Assembly (NCBI GenBank): GCA_016194445.1
Contig: JACQBP010000040.1
Location: 20,402 to 84,401 of the forward strand
DNA from: Candidatus Liptonbacteria bacterium
GTDB lineage: Bacteria > Patescibacteriota > Minisyncoccia > UBA6257 > 2-01-FULL-56-20
Direction: 5' to 3'
DNA length: 64,000 nucleotides
Shown here: one piece after another, positions 18,983-28,024 of the stretch
Layout: each line of letters begins with the position of its first letter
Position numbering within the stretch: position 1 is the stretch's first letter
The notes under the pieces: model-generated
Told to the model about the DNA's origin: nothing
The model's input: only the letters and a program-made list of their open reading frames with translations
Databases searched by the model: none
Position numbers and translations under genes: made by a program

Positions 18983-20155
18983 CTAATGCTCCTGTGTAAA
19001 GTCACGGATCTGCTCAACTGCTTTTTGAAGTTCCTGCAATGGAGCGGCAAAACTGAGACGTACATACCCGGGCGCAAGAAAGGCTTCTCCGGGAACCACG
19101 GCTATTTTTTTCTCATCAAGGAGACGGGCGCACCACTTGGCAGACGTGCGGATCTTTCCTTTAAGAAGACGGCGAACATCAATGAAGAAATAAAAGGCTC
19201 CCTCTGGCGGCGCGAAGGAGATCCCATTGATTTTTGAGAGCGCGTTGATTAGAAATTGTCTCCGAGTTTGAAACTCCCGAAACATAAGATTTAACGACTT
19301 TTGAGAACCGGAAAGAGCGGCAAGCGCGGCCTTTTGCGCGATAGAGGAAGTGTTTGAAGTAGTTTGGCTCTGAAGCGAGGTGATGGCCTGAATGATCCAC
19401 TTGGGGCCGGCAGCGTATCCAATTCGCCACCCAGTCATCGCGTAAGCTTTAGAAAATCCATTGACGGTGAGAGTGAGCTCCTCGATACCCGCACCGAGCG
19501 ACGCGATAGAGTGGTGTTGGCCTTTGTAAAAAATCTTCTCGTAAATCTCATCGGATATAACGAAGAAGCCTTTTTTCTTCGCAAGATGCGCGATTTTGAT
19601 CAATTCAGATTTTTTAATCACCGCTCCGGTGGGATTAGAGGGACTATTCAGAAGGAGAGCTTTAGTGTGGCGAGAAACCTTATTTTGAACATCTTGAGCG
19701 GTAAGTTTAAACGGAGGGAGAAGCGGAATAAAAACGGGGGTGGCGCCGGAAAGCTTAATTTGTTCAACGTAGGTAGTCCAGGTGGGAGTGGGAACTAAGA
19801 CCTCATCCCCGCGACCACAGAGCGCTTGAAATGCATGGTAGAGAACTTGTTTTGTCCCCACGCCGACAACGATTTCGCTGGGCTGGTAATGGATATGGTT
19901 GTCACTCAATAATTTTCGAGTAATGGCTTTCCGAAGCTCAAGAATACCCGGCGTTTCGGTGTAGTGCGTAAAACCTCTTGCCATCGCCAACGCCGCCGCC
20001 CTTCGGATATAAAGAGGGGTTGGAAAATCAGGTTCTCCTAGCCCGAGGTTAATAACCGGGATACCGGATGTCTGTAGGGCTTTGACTTTTTCATCAAGCG
20101 CGAGAGTGGGCGAAGAAGAGAGGTGTTGCACTCGGGAAGATAAAGCATCTCTCAT
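18983..20155 (-). CDS. PLP-dependent class I/II aminotransferase (AspC-like)
   Basis: GEPDF, NSPSNPTG, SDEIY, NGFSKAYAMTGWRIG. Confidence 0.92.
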   Translation of the reverse strand: MRDALSSRVQHLSSSPTLALDEKVKALQTSGIPVINLGLGEPDFPTPLYIRRAAALAMARGFTHYTETPGILELRKAITRKLLSDNHIHYQPSEIVVGVGTKQVLYHAFQALCGRGDEVLVPTPTWTTYVEQIKLSGATPVFIPLLPPFKLTAQDVQNKVSRHTKALLLNSPSNPTGAVIKKSELIKIAHLAKKKGFFVISDEIYEKIFYKGQHHSIASLGAGIEELTLTVNGFSKAYAMTGWRIGYAAGPKWIIQAITSLQSQTTSNTSSIAQKAALAALSGSQKSLNLMFREFQTRRQFLINALSKINGISFAPPEGAFYFFIDVRRLLKGKIRTSAKWCARLLDEKKIAVVPGEAFLAPGYVRLSFAAPLQELQKAVEQIRDFTQEH

Positions 20156-20180
20156 GGGCGTATTATACCGCAGAAACTCC

Positions 20181-22016
20181 TTACTCCAGCTTCTGCCATC
20201 CCTCTTTTTCTTTTTTCCTCGGAAGTGGATCCACGATCATATTCCCAAGAAATTCTTCATCAGGTAGATAGGGTTGCATGTCTTCAAGCGGCCTTCCAAA
20301 ATTAAGTCTGGGAACAAGCGTTTGGTTGGTATCGATGAGTACATTACAGATGACAGGCCGGTCGCTTTTCAAAGCTTTCTCGATAGCGCCCGCCATTTCG
20401 TCGGGTTTCTCGACAGCAAAGGCATCAATCCCATAGGCCTCGGCAACCTTTACAAAGTCTGGCATGGAGTAACCACCCTCGGGAGTGCTGGCGTAATAGC
20501 GACCATCAAAATAATTATCTTGGAACAGCTTGATAATACCCATACTGCGATTGTTAAGAATAAAAAGCTTAATCGGCAATTTATAGTGCGCGATAGTTTG
20601 AAGTTCTTGAATATTGAGCTGGACGCCACCATCGCCATCTAGACAAACAATCTTCTTCCCCGGAGCGGCGAAGGCAGCGCCAATAGCGCCGGGGACCGCG
20701 TATCCCATCGGAGAATTGGCAAAGGCCGTGAGTAACTTTTGACCAGATTTGATTTGCCATGATTGCATCGTCCAGACCAAATTGCCACCCTCGTCAACAA
20801 CAATAATCTCTCCTGGTTTAACGTGATCAGAGAGAGTTCGAACGAATGAGTAAGCATTAATGAAGGGCTGATTAAAATATTCAGGAAGTACTGAAGGATA
20901 TTTAAGCCACCATTCGTTCGTTTTCTTAACCCACAAATCCGCGTCAGGAATTTTCGCCGTCGCGAGTTCTTCCAGCACTCCGGCAAGAAACTCTTGGGCA
21001 TCCCCACAAACCTCGATGGCTGGTTTAAAATCTCGATACTTCTTAAACTCGGCCGGGTCAATATCAACCATAACGACCTTGGCGTTACGGGCAAACCAAT
21101 CGACTTTGCCACCAGTTTGCCGAGAGTCTAACCGAGAACCAACCGAGAGGATAAAATCACTGTTCTGGATAACAAAATTAGCCGCTCGGTTTGAATAAAC
21201 TCCCAGTGAACCTCGAAAGAGTGGGTGGTCGTGGGGAATAATATCAAAACCACCCCAGGACACCACCACCGGGATACCTAACTTCTCAAGAAGAATCCGG
21301 GCCGACTCTTCGGCTTTCGCGTGTTTGACTCCTCCACCAAGCAGAAAAACCGGTCGCTTAGAATTAGATAACAAGGCAACAGTTTCGCTCGCTTTTTTTC
21401 TTAAAATATTTTTAGGATCTGTGGAGGAATCGCTTGTTGCGGGTGGAGTAAATCCTTCGAGTAAATCAACATCGATATCAGTAACTTGAAGGTTCATAGG
21501 GAGATCAATTAGAACTGGCCCCGGTCTCCCGGTGGTGGCAATCCAATAGGCTTTTTCTAATTCGTAGCGGATGCGTGAGGGATCAGAAATCCAAATCGCA
21601 TATTTCGTGATGGGTTTTACGATATTCACAATATCGGTTTCTTGAAAGCCGAGTTGACGAGGACGCAGGGGTCCCTCGACGCTCTCAATGGATTCCCGAA
21701 CATTAACCTGACCAGTGATGAAAAGAGCGGGGATAGAATCAAAATAACAATCACAAATCCCTGTGATTAAATTAGTTGCCCCGGGGCCGCTGGTAGCGAT
21801 GGCAACGCCGATGCCGGGTCCGATGCGTGAATAGTTCTCGGCAGCCATGGCAGCGGCTTGCTCGTGTTGCATGCAGACATAGTTCAAATCCCCTTTTTCC
21901 GCAAACCGTCTTCCAATGGCATCTACTAGATGCGCCACGGAACCACCGGTTACTGAAAAGATATGTTGGGTGCCGCGCTTGGCTATAAAATCCACAAGAT
22001 AATCAGTCAGTTTCAT
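20181..22016 (-). CDS. ThDP-dependent acetolactate-synthase-like enzyme (YerE-like by context)
   Basis: HEQAAAMAA, TSGPGATN, GRPGPV, DGDGG..N..E..NN; no regulatory subunit nearby. Confidence 0.88.
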   Translation of the reverse strand: MKLTDYLVDFIAKRGTQHIFSVTGGSVAHLVDAIGRRFAEKGDLNYVCMQHEQAAAMAAENYSRIGPGIGVAIATSGPGATNLITGICDCYFDSIPALFITGQVNVRESIESVEGPLRPRQLGFQETDIVNIVKPITKYAIWISDPSRIRYELEKAYWIATTGRPGPVLIDLPMNLQVTDIDVDLLEGFTPPATSDSSTDPKNILRKKASETVALLSNSKRPVFLLGGGVKHAKAEESARILLEKLGIPVVVSWGGFDIIPHDHPLFRGSLGVYSNRAANFVIQNSDFILSVGSRLDSRQTGGKVDWFARNAKVVMVDIDPAEFKKYRDFKPAIEVCGDAQEFLAGVLEELATAKIPDADLWVKKTNEWWLKYPSVLPEYFNQPFINAYSFVRTLSDHVKPGEIIVVDEGGNLVWTMQSWQIKSGQKLLTAFANSPMGYAVPGAIGAAFAAPGKKIVCLDGDGGVQLNIQELQTIAHYKLPIKLFILNNRSMGIIKLFQDNYFDGRYYASTPEGGYSMPDFVKVAEAYGIDAFAVEKPDEMAGAIEKALKSDRPVICNVLIDTNQTLVPRLNFGRPLEDMQPYLPDEEFLGNMIVDPLPRKKEKEGWQKLE

Positions 22017-22100
22017 AAAATTTATAATATTCAGCTCAACTGCTGTTTATGTTGGCTTTTCGAACAGAGGGATGGGGTGGAGGTAATATTTGAGATTGTT

Positions 22101-23231
22101 TTAGTTTTGAATGCAGAATTGATGAATAGCCTCGCAAACATAATGAATGTCTTTGGGTTTTAAATATTGGTGGATGGGGAGGGTGACCATGGTTTCGGCT
22201 TGCTTTTCGCAGACCGGAAAATCTCCTTTCTTATATCCCAAATACTTAGCGGCTTCTTGAAGATGAATAGGGATGGGATAATGGACCAAAGCCTCAATCC
22301 CTTGGTTTTTCAAAAATTTAATAAGTTCTTTTTGCTGCTCAGTCTGGATGACGTAAAGGGTGTAGATTGGTTTCACTGGCACTTTGCACAAATCTCGCTT
22401 GGGGATGTGGACTTTCGGCTCTAAATCGGAAAGGAGTTGGTCGTAAAGTGCTGCATTCTGAGCTCTTTTTTCGGTATTTCCTTCAACTTCACTTAAAACG
22501 ATGCTCGCGATGGCGGCTTGAATCGTATCAAGTCGGCTGTTGTGAGCAAAAAAGATAACTTCGTCGCGATTTTTCAACCCGTGGTTCCTCCAAAGCCGAA
22601 GCTTCTCGGCGAGTGCATCGTTGTTGGTAGTAATCATACCGCCGTCACCCCAAATGTTGACGATTTTTTGTGGGTGAAAACTGAACCCAGCGGCATCACC
22701 AAAAGAACCGACATACTTATTGTCGTACATAACTGACGAAGACTGGGCGGCATCTTCGATGACAAAAAGATTGTGACGCTTGGCAATGTCTAAAATAGGA
22801 TACATGTCCGCAGGATTGCCAAAAAGGTGGACTGGGACGATGGCTCGAGTTTTTGAAGTGATGGCTTTTTCTACCGCCTCCGGGTCGATAGTGTAATCGT
22901 CGCGCACATCAGCGAAGACTGGTCTAGCGCCGGCGGTAGCGATAGCCCCAGCGGTGGCGATGAAACTGTTTGGAGCAGTAATAACTTCATCGCCTTCTTT
23001 AATGCCTAAAGCACGAAAGGAAAGGAAGAGGGCATCAGTACCGTTGCCGACGCCGATGGCATGCTTGATCCCGAATTTTTTTGCGTATTCTAACTCAAAA
23101 TCTCTTGCTTCTTGACCAAGAGTAAAATCGCCCCTTTTGGCAATTTCTTGAATTTTGAGAAGGAAGCGTTCGGGGTTTTTGAACTGTTCGGTTAGATATA
23201 CATAGCGAACTTTCCAGTTAGGCTGTTCCAT
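22101..23231 (-). CDS. DegT/DnrJ/EryC1/StrS sugar aminotransferase
   Basis: NGTDAL, PVHLFG, EDAAQ, SFHPQK, NSRLD. Confidence 0.93.
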   Translation of the reverse strand: MEQPNWKVRYVYLTEQFKNPERFLLKIQEIAKRGDFTLGQEARDFELEYAKKFGIKHAIGVGNGTDALFLSFRALGIKEGDEVITAPNSFIATAGAIATAGARPVFADVRDDYTIDPEAVEKAITSKTRAIVPVHLFGNPADMYPILDIAKRHNLFVIEDAAQSSSVMYDNKYVGSFGDAAGFSFHPQKIVNIWGDGGMITTNNDALAEKLRLWRNHGLKNRDEVIFFAHNSRLDTIQAAIASIVLSEVEGNTEKRAQNAALYDQLLSDLEPKVHIPKRDLCKVPVKPIYTLYVIQTEQQKELIKFLKNQGIEALVHYPIPIHLQEAAKYLGYKKGDFPVCEKQAETMVTLPIHQYLKPKDIHYVCEAIHQFCIQN

Positions 23232-23274
23232 AATAAGCGAATTGTACTATAAGAATTTAGGGCTGGCAAGAATT

Positions 23275-24288
23275 TTATTTTAATTTGATTTCCTGCATGG
23301 TCTTCACGTTAAAATATTTGGTGTTGTTGAGTGAGTCTTCAAATTTTCCTGCTTTAAACGCTTCGATAAGGTCAGAAACAGCTCCACGGATGTCTCTTTT
23401 GGGTTTAAATCCTAGTTCTTTAAATATTTTCTCGGATGATATGTGGTAGGATCTTTTGTCGTCGCCGGCTTCTTGATGGTTAACCTTAACACTATTGCCA
23501 CTTGAGGATTCGACCTCCGATTTGACGATGTTGGCAATTTCAGAAACGGTATAGTTTCTGGCGCCAGCGTTGAAAACTTTAGAGTGAATTTTTTCACTAG
23601 GATGCGATAGGAGGTCAGAATAAAGATCGGTAATGTCTTCAATGTGGATGTTGGGCCTTTTTTGCTCGCCACCAAAAACAGTGATAATACCTTTACTCCA
23701 AGCGTGATTAGTTAAAATGTTTACTGTTAGATCAAAACGCATGCGAGGAGAATAGCCGCAAACCGTTGCCGACCGGATCGCCACTGCAGTAAAATAAGGG
23801 GCTCCTTCTTTCATTAAGATTTCTTCGCCTAACACTTTGAATTTGGAATAATCAGTGAGTGGTTCAAGGGGCAAATCTTCGGTGATGTTTTCTTCCTGTT
23901 TTAAACCATAGACACTCGAGGTGGAGGCAAAGATGAAACGTTTCACTTCAGCTTGGCGCGCGTGGGATACGACCTTGATCATGGCGTCGTAGTTAATTGA
24001 TTTGCCAAGTTCGGGATTTAACTCAAAACTCGGATCGTTAGAAATACAGGCAAGATGAATAACGGCATCAACGCCCAGAAGGGCTTCGCTCAGAGTATTG
24101 TCATTACGGATATCGCCATGAATTTCTTCGAGGTTGGAATTTCGGTAACCGGCAAAAACGTTAGGTTCATATAAATACAAATCAAGCACTTTGACGCGAT
24201 AGCCTTTCTTTAATAGTTTGGGAACTAAAACAGAGCCGACGTATCCAGCCCCGCCAGTGACTAAAACCGTCTGGATATTACTCATCAT
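23275..24288 (-). CDS. Extended SDR NDP-sugar epimerase/dehydratase
   Basis: TGGAGYVGS, LACISNDP, YSKFK, SPRMRFDL. Confidence 0.9.
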   Translation of the reverse strand: MMSNIQTVLVTGGAGYVGSVLVPKLLKKGYRVKVLDLYLYEPNVFAGYRNSNLEEIHGDIRNDNTLSEALLGVDAVIHLACISNDPSFELNPELGKSINYDAMIKVVSHARQAEVKRFIFASTSSVYGLKQEENITEDLPLEPLTDYSKFKVLGEEILMKEGAPYFTAVAIRSATVCGYSPRMRFDLTVNILTNHAWSKGIITVFGGEQKRPNIHIEDITDLYSDLLSHPSEKIHSKVFNAGARNYTVSEIANIVKSEVESSSGNSVKVNHQEAGDDKRSYHISSEKIFKELGFKPKRDIRGAVSDLIEAFKAGKFEDSLNNTKYFNVKTMQEIKLK

Positions 24289-24300
24289 TGGACATAGGGC

Positions 24301-25836
24301 CTAGTTTTTGAGCAGAGTGTTGATAGATTTTAACAAGGTGTTGGATTCAACGGAATGTTTGTTGCCCACGATAGTGACAGCTAGAGCTCCGACGGCATTA
24401 CCGATAAAACCGGCGGCTTCTACGGGCAGGCCAGCCCGGACTAAGGGCGAGGTGATGGCTAGAAAAGCATCACCGGCGCCAACCCGATCGAGAACACGAG
24501 TCGAGAGTACAGGAACTTTGTAAAGTTTTTTACCATCATACGATAAACAGCCCTCGTGGCCGAGGGTAACGATGATTCTTTTGGCCTTAAGTTTGTTGGT
24601 AACGGCGGCTAAAATTTCTTTCCATTCGTCCAGAGAAGCGACTTCTTTTTTCTTGGTGATCAGTCGGGCTTCTAAGTGATCAATACAGACAAAATCGGCG
24701 CGCGGATATTTGGTGGCCATATTGAAGCCAAAGTTAGCGCTGTTGGTTTGAGTATTCAAGGCCAGAAAGGGAGCATTGTGACTGAGGTAATCAATGAGGC
24801 GAGGAGTGAGGAGTCCGTGGCCGTAGTCTGCCACGATGACTAAATCATACATGGGTAAAACTTTTTTTAAATGGCTTAGAATTTTTTTCTCAAGAGCTTC
24901 GGGAATGAGCGAGTCTACGAAGTAGTAGACTTCAAACATTTTAGTTAGAAGTGGAGAGTCAATGAATCGCCGTTTGACGATGGTAGGGGCGGTGGGGTGA
25001 TAGAAAAATTGGGGCCGAACATTGGATTTTAGATGGGCTCGAATGAACTTTTCCTTGCTGTCTTTGGCGCCAAGACAAGTAAGGAGGTCAACTTGTTTGC
25101 AGTAACTAGTGAGGTGGTTCGCGCAAGCGATGGAGCCGCCGGCAAAAGCCTCTTCGTGTTCGTACCGAGCGGCAATAATGATATCTTTGGGCGTTTTATT
25201 CATGGCTCGCACATAGTGATACTCGTCAATAATCGCCTCGCCGATGATTAAAACTTTGTAATTTTTGATTTTTTCGAAGTAGCCCAAGATGTCTTCGAGG
25301 CTGAACCTTTTTTGAAATCCTTGGAGGAATTCTTGGGTGGCTTCGGGATAGGGAGTCAAAAAATTATTAATTAGTTTAGTGGAGCTGAAGGTGATGTCAT
25401 CGGTAAACTCGATTTTGCCTCCGACCTTTTTGACAGCTTCAGTTTCCTTATTAATACCGCCGCTGCTAATGGCCCTTTTCTTGCCGTATTCATTACCTTT
25501 GATATAAAAACTGGGTCGCACCGCATAAATGGCCGGAACGGCGGTGGGAGCATCATTCACGGCCACAAAATCAACGGCCGTCAAAGAAGCGACAGCTTCG
25601 GCTCTTAATTGCTCATTAAAGATGGGCCGGTCAGGACCTTTGTTGACATAACGATCCGAAGTAACGGTGACCACTAAGATATCCCCTCTTTTTTTAGCGG
25701 CGGCGAAATGGCGGATGTGGCCAGGATGGAGTAAATCAAAGACACCGTGGCATTGGACGATGCGTTTATGCTTGGCTTTCAAATCACGAAGTACGGGCGC
25801 AAGATTATTAAGTTTGTAAACTTTATTGACTGCCAT
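24301..25836 (-). CDS. Bifunctional cytidylyltransferase + PfkB kinase (HldE-like, reversed domain order)
   Basis: N-terminal HGVFDLLHPGH/KGPDRP; C-terminal ADYGHG, DRVGAGDAF. Confidence 0.9.
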   Translation of the reverse strand: MAVNKVYKLNNLAPVLRDLKAKHKRIVQCHGVFDLLHPGHIRHFAAAKKRGDILVVTVTSDRYVNKGPDRPIFNEQLRAEAVASLTAVDFVAVNDAPTAVPAIYAVRPSFYIKGNEYGKKRAISSGGINKETEAVKKVGGKIEFTDDITFSSTKLINNFLTPYPEATQEFLQGFQKRFSLEDILGYFEKIKNYKVLIIGEAIIDEYHYVRAMNKTPKDIIIAARYEHEEAFAGGSIACANHLTSYCKQVDLLTCLGAKDSKEKFIRAHLKSNVRPQFFYHPTAPTIVKRRFIDSPLLTKMFEVYYFVDSLIPEALEKKILSHLKKVLPMYDLVIVADYGHGLLTPRLIDYLSHNAPFLALNTQTNSANFGFNMATKYPRADFVCIDHLEARLITKKKEVASLDEWKEILAAVTNKLKAKRIIVTLGHEGCLSYDGKKLYKVPVLSTRVLDRVGAGDAFLAITSPLVRAGLPVEAAGFIGNAVGALAVTIVGNKHSVESNTLLKSINTLLKN

Positions 25837-25937
25837 AGTGATGGAGGTAGTAAATGATTTTACTTACTCTTAAAGACTGATTTAAGTGTTATTATTCTAT
25901 GTTAATCATTTATTTTCGTCAATTTTGTGTAAATGGA

Positions 25938-25969
25938 AACGGCGAGCTCGAATCTTCGAACCCGCCGTT
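25938..25969 (-). terminator. Hairpin terminator after the HD gene
   Basis: aacggcgagctcgaa-tc-ttcgaacccgccgtt. Confidence 0.6.
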
Positions 25970-26014
25970 GGTTTTTGGGTTTGGCCTCACTCCTTGAGGT
26001 AATTCCCTGGTTGC

Positions 26015-26560
26015 TTAGGCGCTGGGAATGAGGGCGCGGTATTTCTTGATCAACTCTCGCGCCAAGAGAGTGATGTGTAACTGGCCGTAAACTCGCTCGA
26101 CGGTGGTGACGAGTTTTTTCATAAACTCAATCCACTCGCCAAGGATCTGAGGATAGAAATCGCCGCCATCATAGAGCGTCGCGGTTTTATCGTAGAGCTT
26201 TAGGAGTTGAATCAGTGGCGGCTTACTTAGAACTGCAACTTTCTCTTCCTCAAATCCTCCCTGATAGGTCATCTCATCAACAAGACGCCTGACTTCTTCG
26301 GGTAGATCGTTGGGAAGATCGGCGGAGGTGTCCTCGAAGACATCATGGAAAAGAAGCGCATACGCTCCAGGAATTCGAATGTTCTCTGGTAATTGGGTAT
26401 CCAGAAGGAGCATCACCGCACACCAGAGAGAGTGGGTCCAGTAGGGATTTTTTTCTCCGTTCTGGAAGGTACGGACCGCCTTCGCATTAGGTCGTGTGTG
26501 ATTGTTATGCGCCTCCGCGGCGGCAATAAGGTGTTGGAGGAATACCTGCGTATTGAGCAT
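26015..26560 (-). CDS. HD-domain hydrolase, Mesh1/small alarmone hydrolase-like
   Basis: R...PYWTH, ALLFHDVFEDT, V..LV.EMT, LLKLYDK. Confidence 0.75.
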   Translation of the reverse strand: MLNTQVFLQHLIAAAEAHNNHTRPNAKAVRTFQNGEKNPYWTHSLWCAVMLLLDTQLPENIRIPGAYALLFHDVFEDTSADLPNDLPEEVRRLVDEMTYQGGFEEEKVAVLSKPPLIQLLKLYDKTATLYDGGDFYPQILGEWIEFMKKLVTTVERVYGQLHITLLARELIKKYRALIPSA

Positions 26561-26596
26561 GCGATCACCTCGATGGGTTGGTTTGAGCCGTAACCC

Positions 26597-27283
26597 TTAT
26601 AGCTGGCTGGCGGTTTGATACCAGATCGAATCCGGAGATTGGATCAGGCCCCAGCACCTGAAGCGCCAGAGGGCGGCTTGGGTGAGACTACAGATGGTTT
26701 TGATCTTACGCACCTCTTCGGGAGGGAAGAATCGCACATGATCGATCTCTTCGTTTGGTTCGGGATGTGATCCAGAAGATCCCAGACCTACCAAAGTCGC
26801 GAAGAGTTCGTGGGCGGCTCCACTAAGCGCTGGGAGGGCGTGGACAAAACCGATGGAGGCCGCCTCTACGACTTTGAGTCTCATTTCCTCCAGCACTTTC
26901 TCTAAAGGAGTGAGAGCGAGGCCATGAACAGCCTCGTATTCCTCGATGCCGGAGCCATACTTTAGAACGCCCAGGATCTGGCTGGGATCTCTGGCGAACG
27001 CAACCGCCGAAATCTCTGGCGGAATGACACTGAACCGCCGATGGAAAACAAACCCCAGATGTCCATCGGACTGACGAATCACGATATGAAGTTCACCCCG
27101 CCGTGATTCAATGGCGATGCCTTCATAGGCCACCTCTCCGGTTGATACATTAACCGCATCGATGATTTGGATGGCCGCGCCGTGAATTGCGTTTTCGAGT
27201 CGGCGTTTCCTCGGATCCCACCGCCATTGTTTTCCAAACCGGCTCTCGGGTCCGGGTGGACGGACGATTAGTCTTGTGCTCAC
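26597..27283 (-). CDS. Degenerate NUDIX/ADP-ribose-pyrophosphatase-fold protein
   Basis: Eroded Nudix box (EKVLEEMRL), H.LFA, EPNEEI..VRFF; GTG start 6 nt after AAGGAG. Confidence 0.5.
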   Translation of the reverse strand: MSTRLIVRPPGPESRFGKQWRWDPRKRRLENAIHGAAIQIIDAVNVSTGEVAYEGIAIESRRGELHIVIRQSDGHLGFVFHRRFSVIPPEISAVAFARDPSQILGVLKYGSGIEEYEAVHGLALTPLEKVLEEMRLKVVEAASIGFVHALPALSGAAHELFATLVGLGSSGSHPEPNEEIDHVRFFPPEEVRKIKTICSLTQAALWRFRCWGLIQSPDSIWYQTASQL

Positions 27284-27362
27284 TCATAACTCCTTTCTAT
27301 GAAAATAGCTACCGTTAAATTCGTTTCCGTGGGTTAGCTCAAGATGCCAAAAAGCTGACTAT

Positions 27363-27390
27363 ATTATACTGATGATGAAAGAGAAGTCAA
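27363..27390 (-). promoter_or_regulatory. sigma70 promoter of the Nudix-like/HD operon
   Basis: TTGACT-16 bp-TATAAT. Confidence 0.7.
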
Positions 27391-27492
27391 AAACCACGGG
27401 CTTTAGCCTGTGGTTTGAGAGTTGTTCTCTCCTGCGAGAGAAACTGGCTTGACCCTCAGCCTAAAGACCGGGGCTTGCGCTTGGAGTGTCAA
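27386..27492. mobile_element. Putative non-autonomous IS200/IS605-derived mini element
   Basis: GTCAA + hairpin AAACCACGGGCTTTAGCCTGTGGTTT ... TTGAC + imperfect hairpin CCTCAGCCTAAAGACCGGGG + CTTGCGC...TCAA. Confidence 0.45.
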
Positions 27493-27521
27493 CGCGGGGA
27501 TGCGGAGCCGTGATATTGCAA

Positions 27522-27923
27522 TCACGGCTCCACTCGACGACCAGCAAGGAAATCCTCAAATCGCTTCCTTTCTTGTCTTTTTCTCTGTCTCTCGTCGAGA
27601 TGGCACCATATCCAATCTATCCACCAAATTGGCACAGCGCCAACGAGTGTAACGGAAAGATGCCAGTGACCCCAAAAAGGGATGGTGGGGTTCACGCGAG
27701 CTTGTTCCAGATCGGCGAGAAAAAAGGTGACGACAAAAAAAGACAGGAGACCGATTCCAAGGATGTGGGACTTTTCAAGCCAACCACCGACGATAACGCC
27801 AATGGCGCCCATGAAAATTCCTTGCAGGACAGTGAATCCAAGGTGCTTAGTAGCGATCACTGAAGTAACGAGAAACAAGGCAGTGAAGCCTATGGTTTCT
27901 CGCTTGGACCTTGTGGGTGACAA
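27522..27923 (-). CDS. Small hypothetical membrane protein
   Basis: About 4 hydrophobic segments and a charged tail; AGGAGG SD; own promoter TTGACT-17-TATATT (27974-28002). Confidence 0.65.
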   Translation of the reverse strand: MSPTRSKRETIGFTALFLVTSVIATKHLGFTVLQGIFMGAIGVIVGGWLEKSHILGIGLLSFFVVTFFLADLEQARVNPTIPFWGHWHLSVTLVGAVPIWWIDWIWCHLDERQRKRQERKRFEDFLAGRRVEP

Positions 27924-27942
27924 GTGTGCCTCCTAGTTTCAA

Positions 27943-27964
27943 CCCAAATCCACGTGGATTTGGG
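27943..27964. repeat. Perfect 22-bp palindrome between promoter and SD
   Basis: cccaaatccac|gtggatttggg. Confidence 0.85.
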
Positions 27965-28024
27965 GCTGGCCACAATATAGGACTTTAAAAAAATAAAGTC
28001 AAGCCGACTAACTTTCTTTTTTAG

